Shown here: piece after piece, positions 1-9,913 of the stretch
Numbering within the stretch: the stretch's first letter is position 1
How the letters are laid out: each line of letters begins with the position of its first letter
IMG/VR virus record: IMGVR_UViG_3300047539_000147
Strand: one strand, 5' to 3'
Source of the DNA: an uncultured virus (IMG/VR IMGVR_UViG_3300047539_000147)
Lineage: Duplodnaviria > Heunggongvirae > Uroviricota > Caudoviricetes
Length of the DNA: 20,000 nucleotides
Made by a program: the position numbers and the translations under genes
Notes under the pieces: generated by a model
The model's database searches: none
What the model saw: only the letters and a program-made list of their open reading frames with translations
Told to the model about the DNA's origin: nothing

Positions 1-900
1 GTTTCCCCAGCCGCCCGGCACGCCGTTATCGGTCTTGCGCCAGCAGAACGTGTCTACGAATCGCCAGCCCCACTGCCGCCGGTGCGCGATGACGAGGTCC
101 ATCACGTACAGATCGCGTTCCCCGTCGTCGGCGTGCTCCTTGATGTTGAGGAAGTAGGAGCCATCGGGCGCCAGAATCGATTCGACTCCAGCCGCGACCG
201 CGCCGAACCACGCGACGTACTCATCCGGACGAACCGGCTTGAAGCCGCTCGATGCGTCGTACTCGCGCTGCGTCGCGTAGGGCGGCGAGGTCACGACCAC
301 GTTGGCCAGCGCATCGGCGAACAGAACGCGAACGGTTCCCCCGTCGCGGCAGTCGCCGCAGATCAGGCGGTGGGCTCCGATCAACCACACGTCGCCGGGC
401 TGGGTTACCGGCTGGGCTGGCGGTTCGGGGACCTCGTCGGTCACATCCTCCGGCGGCGCGTCGCCGTCTTCGAGCAGCGCCTCCAGTTCCTCGTCGCTGA
501 AGCCAATGAGCGCGAGGTCCGTGCCGTCTGTTTCGAGTTCGCGCAATTCGCTGGCGAGCATTTTCTCGTCCCATCCGGCATTCATCGCGAGCTTGTTGTC
601 CGCGAGGATGTATGCCCGCCGCTGCGTCTCGCTGAGGTGGTCCAGCACCACCACCGGCACCTCCGCGAGGCCCAATTTGCGAGCAGCCAGGAGACGACCG
701 TGGCCGGCAATGATCCCATCCATCGAGTCAACCAGGATCGGATTGGTGAAGCCGAACTCCAAGATGGACGCCGCGATCTGCGCTATCTGTTCGGCAGAGT
801 GCGTGCGCGCGTTCCTGGCGTACGGCACCAGCCGGTCGGTCGGCCAGATCTCGATTCGCCGCGCCATCGCGGGCGTTATCGTTGCCGGAAGTGTCGCCAT
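1..900 (-). CDS. ParB/Srx N-terminal domain fused to a DNA methyltransferase (phage-type), 3' end outside the window
   Basis: Manual translation from ATG at 900 (absent from the ORF track because it has no stop in the window): MATLPATITPAMARRIEIWPTDRLVPYARNARTHSAEQIAQIAASILEFGFTNPILVD...IIAGHGRLLAARKLGL...AYILADNKLA (ParB-like), then GDVWLIGAHRLICGD and catalytic motif VVTSPPY. Confidence 0.92.
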   Translation of the reverse strand, partial: MATLPATITPAMARRIEIWPTDRLVPYARNARTHSAEQIAQIAASILEFGFTNPILVDSMDGIIAGHGRLLAARKLGLAEVPVVVLDHLSETQRRAYILADNKLAMNAGWDEKMLASELRELETDGTDLALIGFSDEELEALLEDGDAPPEDVTDEVPEPPAQPVTQPGDVWLIGAHRLICGDCRDGGTVRVLFADALANVVVTSPPYATQREYDASSGFKPVRPDEYVAWFGAVAAGVESILAPDGSYFLNIKEHADDGERDLYVMDLVIAHRRQWGWRFVDTFCWRKTDNGVPGGWGN

Positions 901-1257
901 TGGGTTTGAACAACTACAGAAGCCGCGTGTCAATCGCCAGGAAGTCCAACGTTGGACATTCGCCCTGGCTTGCGCCGGAATCGGCCACCCTTTCGCGCCC
1001 CGGTGCCCCGTGTCGCGCCGTCTGGCTCCGGGTTGGCCGGTTGGTCCACCCGCCGCCTCGGGCGCGCCCTGGCCGCCACTGACCGCTGACCACCTGACCG
1101 CCCCTTTTTGCGCCTGTCGCTAGCGAATTGCGCTACTCTTCAACGCGCCGCCGCCGGTCGCCGGGAAGTACCTATGGCTTTAACGGGCGGCTGGGAGTTC
1201 CGTGCAACCGCCCCGCGAGCGCGAGCGATGTACCGCCCGCCGACCTGCGTCTGGCTT

Positions 1258-1594
1258 TCATGCGACGCGGCAATCCTTGACACTTGCAAGAAGACGCCGC
1301 GCGTGATCACGGGCGTGCCATCATCGTCGCGCCGGTCCAAGCGCCGGTGCTTCCAGCAACGGCGACCGCTGGCGAGATTCTCGGGGAAACTGTACCGCGT
1401 CCCAGACGGGGCGTGTGCCGGTACCGGGCTGCTTCCGTCTTCCGGCCGCAGCCAGATCGCCCTCAAGTGTGTTTGCGCCCGTATGACGGCTTCACGTACC
1501 CGCCTTCGATCAAACGCCTCGCGGCTTCGAGTGAGCGAAACCCGAGCGAGGTTCCGTCGGGCGCATAGTAGGGAATTTGGATTTCACGCTGCAT
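1258..1594 (-). CDS. Small hypothetical phage-element protein, apparently frameshifted (near 1467 and near 1280)
   Basis: MQREIQIPYYAPDGTSLGFRSLEAARRLIEGGYVKPSYGRK (ORF 1463..1711) joins LRAIWLRPEDGSSPV...GTRYSFPENL...RGVFLQV (ORF 1140..1466). A further shift gives KDCRVA-stop at 1258. Confidence 0.5.
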
Positions 1595-1760
1595 CTGGGC
1601 ACACTCCGGGCACGGCACGGAAGGGATGGAGTTTTTCGAGAGTCCCGTCTCTCGTCTTCGGGTGCCTTCGGAGGATGCGCTTCGCGCCAGCCAGCAGAAC
1701 GGCTTCGACACTATATACGCACGGCGGGCTGATTCTGTCTCACGGCCTCGGTCGCATCAT

Positions 1761-1890
1761 CACGCGGTTCACTGGGTTCACGCGGTTGCGCCTAATTTGT
1801 TTATAGATTCAAAACCGGTCCAGAATGTTCTTTCTCCCGCGTGAATACAAAATAGAGCCAACCGCGTTAACCGCGTGAACTCCGTGAACC
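1761..1890. repeat. Two inverted arrays of 9-bp iterons (CACGCGGTT) flanking an AT-rich spacer; candidate replication origin
   Basis: CACGCGGTT 1761-1769, CACTGGGTT 1770-1778, CACGCGGTT 1779-1787. Inverted copies AACCGCGTT 1860-1868, AACCGCGTG 1869-1877, AACTCCGTG 1878-1886. AT-rich 1791-1859. Directly after the primase stop codon. Confidence 0.75.
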
Positions 1891-3947
1891 TACTTGAGGT
1901 CTTCCGCGATTGAGCCAATCCCCACGTAACACCATGACAGCCTGCCATTTATGGTCCTCTGGCGCTTCTCAACTGTTGGCCGCAACTGGGCGATGGCGCG
2001 GCCGAGGGCCGTCTTGCTTACGGTTGGCCGGCCTTTCGCCACGCAGTCCTGGTTGTAGTCCTGCCAAAGCCGGTCGGCGGGGATCACGCATCGGGTTCGA
2101 GCACCGTATTGCGGTCGAGCCACACGGCGACGGGATCAGTCGTTTGCCGGAATTCGTCCATGGCGCGCCGTATGGATTCGCTCTCACTGAGCCCGTGGCC
2201 GCGGATCGCTTTGAGGGCTTCGAGGGCCTTGTTCAACACGCCGCTGAGTTCGGTGGGATCGGCCAACATCGCGTCCAACTGGTCGCGAGGGAGTGTGCCC
2301 GGATCGCCCGCGTGAAATGTTCGCTCGAAGGGAACGACCACCCACCGGCGGAAGAACGCCGACGATGCGTCCTGGCTCTTGGGCGGGTGGTTGGCCGAAA
2401 AGATCAGCCGCGCGAACGGCACGAATTCGAAGGACTCCTCGAACTTCCGCTCGGCCAGCAGGGCATCGCCGCCGGTGATCGCCTTGAAGATCGACGTGCT
2501 GGAAAGGTCCTCGCTGGGCAAGTCGGGGCAGATGTTCGCAAGTCTACCGACAAGGCGCGCGACCGAGAAGCGGTCGTTCTCCAGCCGGTGAAGACTGATG
2601 GCCGCCACATTCTGCCGGCCAATAAACGCCAGCACGGCACGCAGGTAGGTGGATTTTCCGTTCGCGCCGTCGCCCGTCAGCAGGACAGCCTTCTGAATCG
2701 AAGTATCCGGCGTCGCCAGCCATGCCGGGATCTCCCACGCGATGGCCTCCGAATCGCCGGGAAATACCTCGCCGATGAACTTGTCCCACAGCTGGACACC
2801 GCGCGCGGGTCGAACTTCACGGGCAAGCTGAACCGGCGATAGGAAATCGGGTGAGTGTGGTGAGAGCGCACGGGTGTTGACGTCCAGCAGGCCATTCAGC
2901 ACGTTGACGACATCCACCTTGGGCCGTTCCCACAGCCGCGGGGCATCGACCTCGATGTATTTCACCACCTCCTCGGCCTTGTGGCTGCTCCATTTTGAGG
3001 ACAGCCGCATGCGCTCCAGAAGCTGTTTCACCTGCTGACGAACAAAGGGGGCGCCATCCGAGTGGTAGTTGCCGCCGCGGAAGATGTACAGCCGCCCGCC
3101 GACGTCCTGGGCAAATCGGTGCCGACCTGAGATCAGTTCGGCAATCTGGTAAACGCTGATCTCGTCATCGTCTGCGGGTTTCTCGAAGTCGGCGGCTTCC
3201 ACCAACTCCCAGACTTTCTCCGGGCCCACCTTCGCCAGCAGGTCGTCGATTCCTTTTCCCTGAGCGATGTCCCAGGTGATGAACGCAACCTCCGCGCCGC
3301 GGGTTCGCAACTCTCTCGCCAAGAGGCTTCTCGCGACTTCAACCTGCTCGTTTTTTTCCGCATCCGCGTCAAAAGCGATGATCACGCGGCGGCCTTCCCA
3401 AACAACGATGTCGAGGTCGGGGATCACGCCTTTGACGTCGCGCCGGTCGCCGTTCGGCCCGGTCGTCTTGCCTACCGTGCCACGCCAGTTCCAAACGCCT
3501 CCCAACCCGATCGGCAAGAATCGGGGTGCGATTGAGTCGTGATTGGCGAGACGCCACAGCGCGAGGGTCTTGAATTCGCCCTCGGTCACGATCACCGGTG
3601 TAGCAACCGCCTTCACCAAGTCCAGGGAAATGCCTGGCACGAAGTAGATCATGTTCCTTCGGCCCGGCGGCGACAAATACTTCCCGCGCTCCCTTGGTTT
3701 GCCGTCCTTGTACTCTATTTCGGGGTGGTCGCGGCGCAGGCGCCACTCACGAATGCGGGATTCACCCGGCAGGAAGTATGGGATCGCCAGTCCCTCATAC
3801 GAAGCATGATCCTGCCGGCCAACGAGGGAACGCCCCGTGCCGGAATCGACGCGCCGGATTTTGGCTGCTGCGGCAAGTTCGCGGTCAATCCATCGCCCCG
3901 CGAGACTCGCGTAGTCCGCATCCGTGAGTGCGGTCCGGTTCCCTCAT
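1890..3947 (-). CDS. Phage/plasmid P4-family primase-helicase (DUF3854-like TOPRIM + D5_N + SF3 helicase + C-terminal winged helix), with apparent frameshifts
   Basis: TOPRIM-type VIVTEGEFKTLAL...IIAFDAD. Walker A LLTGDGANGKST. SF3 motifs FKAITGGD, LIFSANHPP, AFFRRWVVVPF. The frame stays open upstream of 3676 to about 3943. The C-terminus continues in ORF 1890..2123 (VIPADRLWQDY...TALGRAI). Compensating shifts near 2790-2825. Confidence 0.88.
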
Positions 3948-4490
3948 TCACTGGTGGAGGTCCGTTCGCTGTCGCATGCATGATCACGCCCCGACGGGGA
4001 TAAGCCCGCCTCTGTGAACGCTGCCCGGAGCCGCCAGATGGCGCGATAGACGGTCGCGCGGGAAACACCGAGGCATTGGGTGGTCTCTATGGCCGAGTGT
4101 CCGATCAAGCAAAGCGCCACGTTCCGGTCGAACGGGGACAGGCCTGCCAAGACCCGAGAGACATCCGCCCGTAGGTCGGTGAGGATGTTCGGCGCTGCCA
4201 GCCCGAGGAGATTCTCAATCGGCTCTTCCCGGAATTGGCCGGACCGCTCCGAGCGCATCGCGCGCACCAGCGATGTCATCCTGTTGGCGACAACTCGTTC
4301 CGAGAACGTGCGCCAACTCCCGCGCCGCGGATCATATGCTTGGCGTTTCCGCCACAGTTCAAGGAGAGCTTCCTGTTCCAGGTCGCGGCGGGAGTCGGTC
4401 GGCAGCCCATACAAGGTCACTATCGTTGCCGCGCGCACGGCGGCAAGACGACTCGTGCGGAAAGGACTGCTCGAAAACGCTGTCAACCAC
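3944..4490 (-). CDS. Sigma-70/ECF-like RNA polymerase sigma factor-like protein
   Basis: Region-2-like RRDLEQEALLELWRKRQAYDPRRGSWRTFSERVVANR and region-4 HTH LSPFDRNVALCLIGHSAIETTQCLGVSRATVYRAI. Start uncertain (TTG 4486, or GTG 4490 with a frameshift). Confidence 0.8.
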
Positions 4491-4833
4491 AGCGGCCTCC
4501 GTTGGCGTTCGGGCGGTGCTCGATTTCCATGGAAAACGGGAGGCCGTGCCGCAATTCGAGACAGCGAATTTCGCCCGCGTCTACGGCGCGCACGTACTCG
4601 AAGAACTCCGCCATCTGGGTTTTCAACTCGAAGTCCCCGAGAGGAGGCGTGTTCCCCGCCGTGTCCACGGAACCGAACTTGACGCCGCGCACTGTTGTGG
4701 GCCAGGGATCAAGTACCAGCTCACCGCGTTCGATCCGCAGAGACTCAAACCGGCCAAAACCAACATCATGCATCTCGTGCAGGAACCGGCGTTCGGACGC
4801 TGACAGGTCGTGCGTCGAAGTAGGTCTGTTCAT
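4483..4833 (-). CDS. Hypothetical protein (116 aa) preceding the sigma-like gene
   Basis: ATG 4833 preceded by GAGGTGG. MNRPTSTHDLSASERRFLHEMHDVGFGRFESLRIERGELVLDP...LELRHGLPFSMEIE. Stop overlaps the next gene's start. Confidence 0.75.
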   Translation of the reverse strand: MNRPTSTHDLSASERRFLHEMHDVGFGRFESLRIERGELVLDPWPTTVRGVKFGSVDTAGNTPPLGDFELKTQMAEFFEYVRAVDAGEIRCLELRHGLPFSMEIEHRPNANGGRCG

Positions 4834-5003
4834 CGCACCACCTCTTGCGGAGCCGGACTGAGAGCCTTGTTCTCGGCAAACCAGGCGACGAGGTCGCAAC
4901 GCCCCTGGGCGTCCTGCGCCCGCTTGTAACACGGGCGCAGCCGCGATCCGCGTTCGACGCCCGGAAGCGTGTTGTTTTTCTTGTAGCGCCGTTCCCGTTC
5001 CAC
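4830..5003 (-). CDS. Possible 57-aa hypothetical protein
   Basis: GTG 5003 to TGA 4830 (MERERRYKKNNTLPG...QEVVR). Its stop forms an ATGA overlap with the next gene. No recognisable motif. Confidence 0.3.
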   Translation of the reverse strand: MERERRYKKNNTLPGVERGSRLRPCYKRAQDAQGRCDLVAWFAENKALSPAPQEVVR

Positions 5004-5044
5004 GATTGCAGATTAGGCTGTTATGCGAAGAGTGTGTTGTCAGC

Positions 5045-5136
5045 GGACGGCGGCTGGACGCTGGATGGGCTTACTAAGCGTGGCTGAATCGAGCCAACTG
5101 GCGAGGAAATTTATTTCGCTGGACGTTCGCTGGACG
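5045..5136. promoter_or_regulatory. Two pairs of 11-bp-periodic direct repeats (core GGACG) upstream of the replication operon; candidate operator/activator sites
   Basis: Perfect tandem TTCGCTGGACG at 5115-5125 and 5126-5136. GGACG at 5045-5049 and 5056-5060 (GCTGGACG 5053-5060). GCTGGATG 5060-5067. Confidence 0.5.
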
Positions 5137-5776
5137 CAAGTTCCTGTATGACGCCCTTCACGTCCTGGAGCCTATACAGGTACTTTGGCTCCCTGGGACG
5201 GCGATCATCCTGCTTCTTCCAGCCGTCCAGTTTGTGCTCCCGATACCTGTCCAGTCTCTTACGCAGCGCCTCCCTGCCGACGCTGAAGGATTCAGCAAGG
5301 CGGACATGGGTGTACCACCCTTGCTCGTCGAGCGTAACAATCGACGCGCTCGATGCAGAGGCATCGCGGAGGCCGGCATCTCCAGAACCATCCCTCAGAT
5401 TCGAGACCTCCTGCCACTTCTCGCCGCGTCGGTAGGCCGTGATGATCTGGATCGTCCTATCCGTGAGCGGACGATCACAACTCGTGCATCGGTATTCGTC
5501 GTCTTCATCCAGCGCTTCCTGGTATTCCGACCGAAGCGCCGCCATTTGACAGTACGGGCACTCGATCATTTCAACGCGGCGGAGCACTCCCTCCTGCGCG
5601 AACATATCGAGGGCCGAGCGCATCTGATTCGGATCGATGTTCAGGAAGCTGGCCAGGTCATCAGGTCGGATAACCTCCGCCGTTCCCATCGCCCTCAATT
5701 GGGAATCGAGTTGCTCGAAGACACTCGCGAGGTCCGGGTGTTGTTCAGCTAAGCGCGCGCACTCTGTGAAGAACAT
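5111..5776 (-). CDS. Hypothetical protein: winged-helix-like N-terminus, C4 zinc ribbon, linker, C-terminal HTH-like domain
   Basis: 221-aa intact ORF with GAGG before the ATG. IRPDDLASFLNIDPNQMRSALDMFAQEGVLRR (wHTH-like), CPYC...CTSC, and WYTHVRLAESFSVGREALRKRLDRYR (HTH-like). Confidence 0.8.
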   Translation of the reverse strand: MFFTECARLAEQHPDLASVFEQLDSQLRAMGTAEVIRPDDLASFLNIDPNQMRSALDMFAQEGVLRRVEMIECPYCQMAALRSEYQEALDEDDEYRCTSCDRPLTDRTIQIITAYRRGEKWQEVSNLRDGSGDAGLRDASASSASIVTLDEQGWYTHVRLAESFSVGREALRKRLDRYREHKLDGWKKQDDRRPREPKYLYRLQDVKGVIQELASSERPAK

Positions 5777-6803
5777 ACCTCACCACGTCCTCGGTGTTCG
5801 GCGTTGGAAAGTTGACGCGCGACTTCGCGCCCACGATGATCACGTGGACGTCGCCCGTCAGGGGGTTGGTGGCAGGCCCGGTTTCTTGACCGCCGCCAGC
5901 CAGTAGAAGTTGCCTAGGTGGCCGACGCTGTTCTTCCGCACGCTATCCATCGCATCATCGATGAACGCCTCGCCGAGCACCGAGGTCCCGTGGGCTCGGG
6001 CTGCGTGCCGAGACCCGCCTGCCTCGCAGCGACCGATAGTCGATTCCGTGAGAACGCGCCTCGGCCTGACCATTCTTCTCGATCTCGTGAAGCTTGGCGG
6101 ATCACCGGACGGAGATCGACTGCACCGAACTGCTTGATGTCGAGCCATGGCTTGACGAGCTGAAAGAACTGCTCAGCGAGTTCTCGTAGTCTCCGTCCTC
6201 TTGTAGCTGGGTAATCTGGAGCATCGCGACGTTAGCGTTCAAGTCCCACTCGAAGGCCGCGAGCGTGCGCGTCAGGTGGTGCATGTAGGCCTTGAGGGTA
6301 ATCCTCTCGCCGCTTTCTGTTTCCTTCTCTTCGTCGTGCTCAGGCGTTCGCTCGGTGTATTCCCGCTTCTCAACGGCCGTGACGCGCAACCTTCCATCCG
6401 CATGCGTGACGGACGACAGCGTGAGCTTCTCCGGGAGGATTAACGGAAGCCTGGCGTTGAAGAGCTTTCCGAGACGGTGTTGCTTCAGGAGACCCACACG
6501 TGATCGGGGTCTTTCCACGCCTGTACATCGTTCCGAGGACCGCTGGTAGAGGAAAACATGCTGTTTCCCCCACGGGGCCACGGAGTCGAGGAAATCCACC
6601 AGCTGCTCGTATGTGAGGTCGCCCTCATCGAGAGCCTCTTGAATCCTCTCGCGCAGGTCCTCCTTCGTGCCGGACTTGGGTAGTTCGACCTCCTTCAGGA
6701 AATCCTGAATGTGCGACTTCCTGAGGGCTAACACGAAATCGATCAGCGCCTGTTGTTCTTCGGCACTATAGTCAGGCGGACCGAGCAGTTTAATCGATTC
6801 CAT
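5745..6803 (-). CDS. Hypothetical protein (~350 aa) with N-terminal SAP-like DNA-binding motif; several apparent frameshifts
   Basis: ATG 6803. LRKSHIQDFLKEVELPKSGTKEDLRERIQEAL fits the SAP consensus. Protein-like sequence continues across shifts (LAEQFFQLVKPWLDI / KLHEIEKNGQAEARSHGIDY / SVLGEAFIDDAMDSV..GNFYWL / GDVHVIIVGAKSRVNFPTPNTEDVVRYVLHRVRALS-stop at 5745) and overlaps the next gene by 32 bp. Confidence 0.7.
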
Positions 6804-7379
6804 AACCCGTCCCGTCACAGTGCTGGTTGAACAGCGACCGCTTTTCCTGGAAACGAATCCGCCGGGATACCAGGCCACGCTTCGCGGTGGCGAAGCGAGG
6901 AAAGAATGGTCGAGGAACATCAACCTCTTGGCCGATAGGCGGCCTCGTTGCTGAAATCAGCGAACGACTTCGCGCACGGCTGGCACATGCGTGGGCATGA
7001 CCCGACCGCCAGCAGTATTCAGGCTGATTAACAGCGCGATTTCTGGATTCGCTCGGGGGTGCACAAGACTCCCTCAGCGGTTTGGCCAACGACTGCTGCG
7101 CCACAAGCCTCGGGCTGTAGTGATCTGGCATATAAATCCAGCCCCCTTCGCAAGAGAGATCCACGCTGAATTCGGAATGCCCGATCTGGCCCGAGCCTCC
7201 CCGTCCAACGGGTACAAGGGCTCTCTTTGATTCATGGTACCAAACAACAGGATGCACTGTAATTGTTTTACCTCCTGTCCGGATGCCGCATTTCGGGCGT
7301 GCCGACGCCAAGTGAAGCGAATCGCAAGACTTGGGAGGGCGATACGAGATAGAATCAGCCATTGGAGCTCATCTAGACG

Positions 7380-9910
7380 ATGGCGCGCGCACCGAAGAAG
7401 ACCACATCCGAAAAAAAGCCGATCGAGCAGTACGAGCACAAGGGCAAGAAGCGGCTGAACAATCCGCCTGTCGGCCTGGTGACGCCGGAGACGGACAACG
7501 AGGAGCCGAAGAAGACGTATCGCTACGACCCTCACCTGGACCCTCAATTGATCTGGGCCGGCAAGAATGAGCGCACGTCGTTTGAAGTGCCGTCGATTTC
7601 GCTGCACGTCCACGAGCGTATCGACCCGCGCACGATTGTCGAGGCAGTCAAGAGGAAAAACGGCGGCCCGCAAATGTCGCTGTTTCAGAATCCCGCCGAA
7701 AACCCTCCCCTCCGCGAGGCGGTCGAGTTTTATAAACACAAGCACAATTGGTCAAACAGGCTGATCGCGGGCGACAGCTTGCTGGTGATGAACTCCCTGC
7801 TGGAAAAGGAGGGAATGGCGGGGCAGGTGCAAATGGTGTACTTCGACCCGCCGTACGGAATTACATACGGGTCCAACTTTCAGCCGTTTGTCCGGAGTAA
7901 AGAGGTCAAAGACAAGGACGAGGATCTGACCGCAGAGCCGGAGATGGTCAAGGCCTTCCGTGATACCTGGGAACTCGGTCTGCACTCGTATCTGACGTAC
8001 CTGCGGGACCGGCTCCGCTTAGCCCACGAACTATTGTCGGATTCTGGTTCGGTCTTCGTACAGATAAGCACAGAGAATCTCGAATACGTATCCCTGATTC
8101 TCGACGAGATTTTTAAACCAACTAACAAGGTGGAGTTGATTTCTTTCAGAAAAAAGACAATGCCACTTGGGGGTACTCTGCTGGAGGGCAACTGCGACTA
8201 CCTGCTGTGGTACGCAAAAGACAAATCACTAGTGAAGTATAGGAAGGTGTTTCAACCAAGCCTTGTCGAGGGAGACTCGCACTGGAACTACGTTGAACTC
8301 AAGGACGGTGTGCGGCGCCAACTCACGCGAGAAGAGATTAATAATCACAGTCTGCTTCCGCCTGGAAGCGATGTGTACCAGTTGATTGGCCTTTACCCGA
8401 CCGGCACTTTTGACACAGGAATCTACGATTTCAAACTGGATGGAGTGACTTATAAGCTGCCGCCCGGCAAGTGTTGGAAGACCCCAATCGAAAGCATGCG
8501 GCGGCTGGCGGCGGCTCGGCGTCTACAACCTTATGATGCCGGCAAAACGCTTCGCTATGTTTTGAAGCATTCAGATTACCCGGTGACCCCGCTCGGCAAT
8601 GTCTGGCAGGACACATCGGCTCCTCCCGACAAGCGATATGTCGTTCAGACCTCTAACATCGTCATTCAGCGGTGCTTGCTGATGACTACGGACCCCGGCG
8701 ACCTCGTAATTGACCCGACTTGCGGAGGTGGCACAACAGCTTTCGTTGCCGAGCAGTGGGGGAGGAGGTGGGTTACCTGCGATACGTCGCGCGTTTCGGT
8801 TGCAATCGCGAGGGAGCGGCTTATGGCGGCTGTCTTCGAATACTACGAATTGGCGCACGCAGACGAAGGAGTGAGTAGCGGCTTCAAATACAGGTCGGCG
8901 GCTCACACTACTCTGAAATCAATTGCCAACAATGAGCCACCAGGACAGGAAATCCTCTATGACGATCCCGTTCGAGACAAGAAGAGGGTTAGGGTAACTG
9001 GGCCATTCACCGTCGAAGCCGTCCCCGCACCCGTTGTTCGCTCCCTCGATGAAGCAGACGCGAGCATTGATCCCATGCCAGCCGATGCCTCGGTGGCCCG
9101 TACTGGCGCAACCGCGCGTGACCGGGACTGGCGGGACGAGTTGCTGCGCACTGGCATCCGGGGCAGATCTGGTCAGACTATCGAGTTCACCCGCGTCGAG
9201 CCTTTGCCGGCGACCCGCTGGCTCCATGCCGACGCTGAGACCAAAGAAGGACTTGCCGCAGCGCGTCGTGGTTTCATTCGGTCCCGAGCACGCGCCCATG
9301 GAGCAGCGCCAAGTCGAACTGGCCATTGAAGAAGCCGGGAAGCTGGTGCCGAGGCCGAAGATGATCGTCTTCGCCGCGTTCCAATTCGACCCGGAAGCGG
9401 CGAAGGACATCGACGAACTGAATTGGCCGGGAGTGACGCTGCTCAAGGCGCAGATGAACGCGGACCTGCTCACGGAAGACCTGAAGAAGAAGCGCGCCAG
9501 CAACGAGAGCTTCTGGCTCATCGGCCAGCCGGACATCGAGGTCCAACCCATCGGCGATGGTGAGGATAAGGGCAAGTATCGGATCACGGTCAATGGCTTC
9601 GATTACTACAACACCAAGAACGGCAAGATCGATTCCGGCGGCACCGAGAAGATCGCCATGTGGATGCTCGATCCCGACTACGATGGCCGCAGCCTCTTCC
9701 CTCGCCAGGTGTTCTTTCCCAATGGCCGGCGAGGATGATGGCTGGGCGAAGCTGGCCAAGAACCTGCGGGCTGAGATCGATCCAGATCTGATCGAGGCGT
9801 ACCGCGGGACAACATCGCTGCCGTTCGCTGCCGGCGCAAACAAGCGCGCCGCTGTGAAGATCATCGATGACCGGGGCATCGAGAGCCTCCGGATTGTAGA
9901 CCTGGAGTAA
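7380..9910 (+). CDS. mod: Type III restriction-modification methyltransferase subunit (beta-class N6-adenine MTase), two apparent +1 frameshifts (~9250, ~9720)
   Basis: NRLIAGDSLLVMNSLL, catalytic YFDPPYG, SAM-binding VIDPTCGGGTT, RVTGPFTVEAVP. C-terminus continues in ORFs 9034..9738 and 9557..9910 (KIIDDRGIESL). Directly upstream of res. Confidence 0.93.
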
Positions 9911-9913
9911 TTG

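Noticed and set aside
901..933. TTGACA (minus strand, 933-928) as a sigma-70 promoter for the ParB-MTase
   Set aside because: No convincing -10 hexamer at 16-18 bp spacing.
82..1123. Long plus-strand ORFs 82..909 and 302..1123
   Set aside because: Antisense shadows of the minus-strand ParB-MTase; no motifs of their own.
6790..7362. 190-aa minus-strand ORF in the divergent intergenic region
   Set aside because: No recognisable motif and atypical composition; more likely promoter-containing non-coding DNA.
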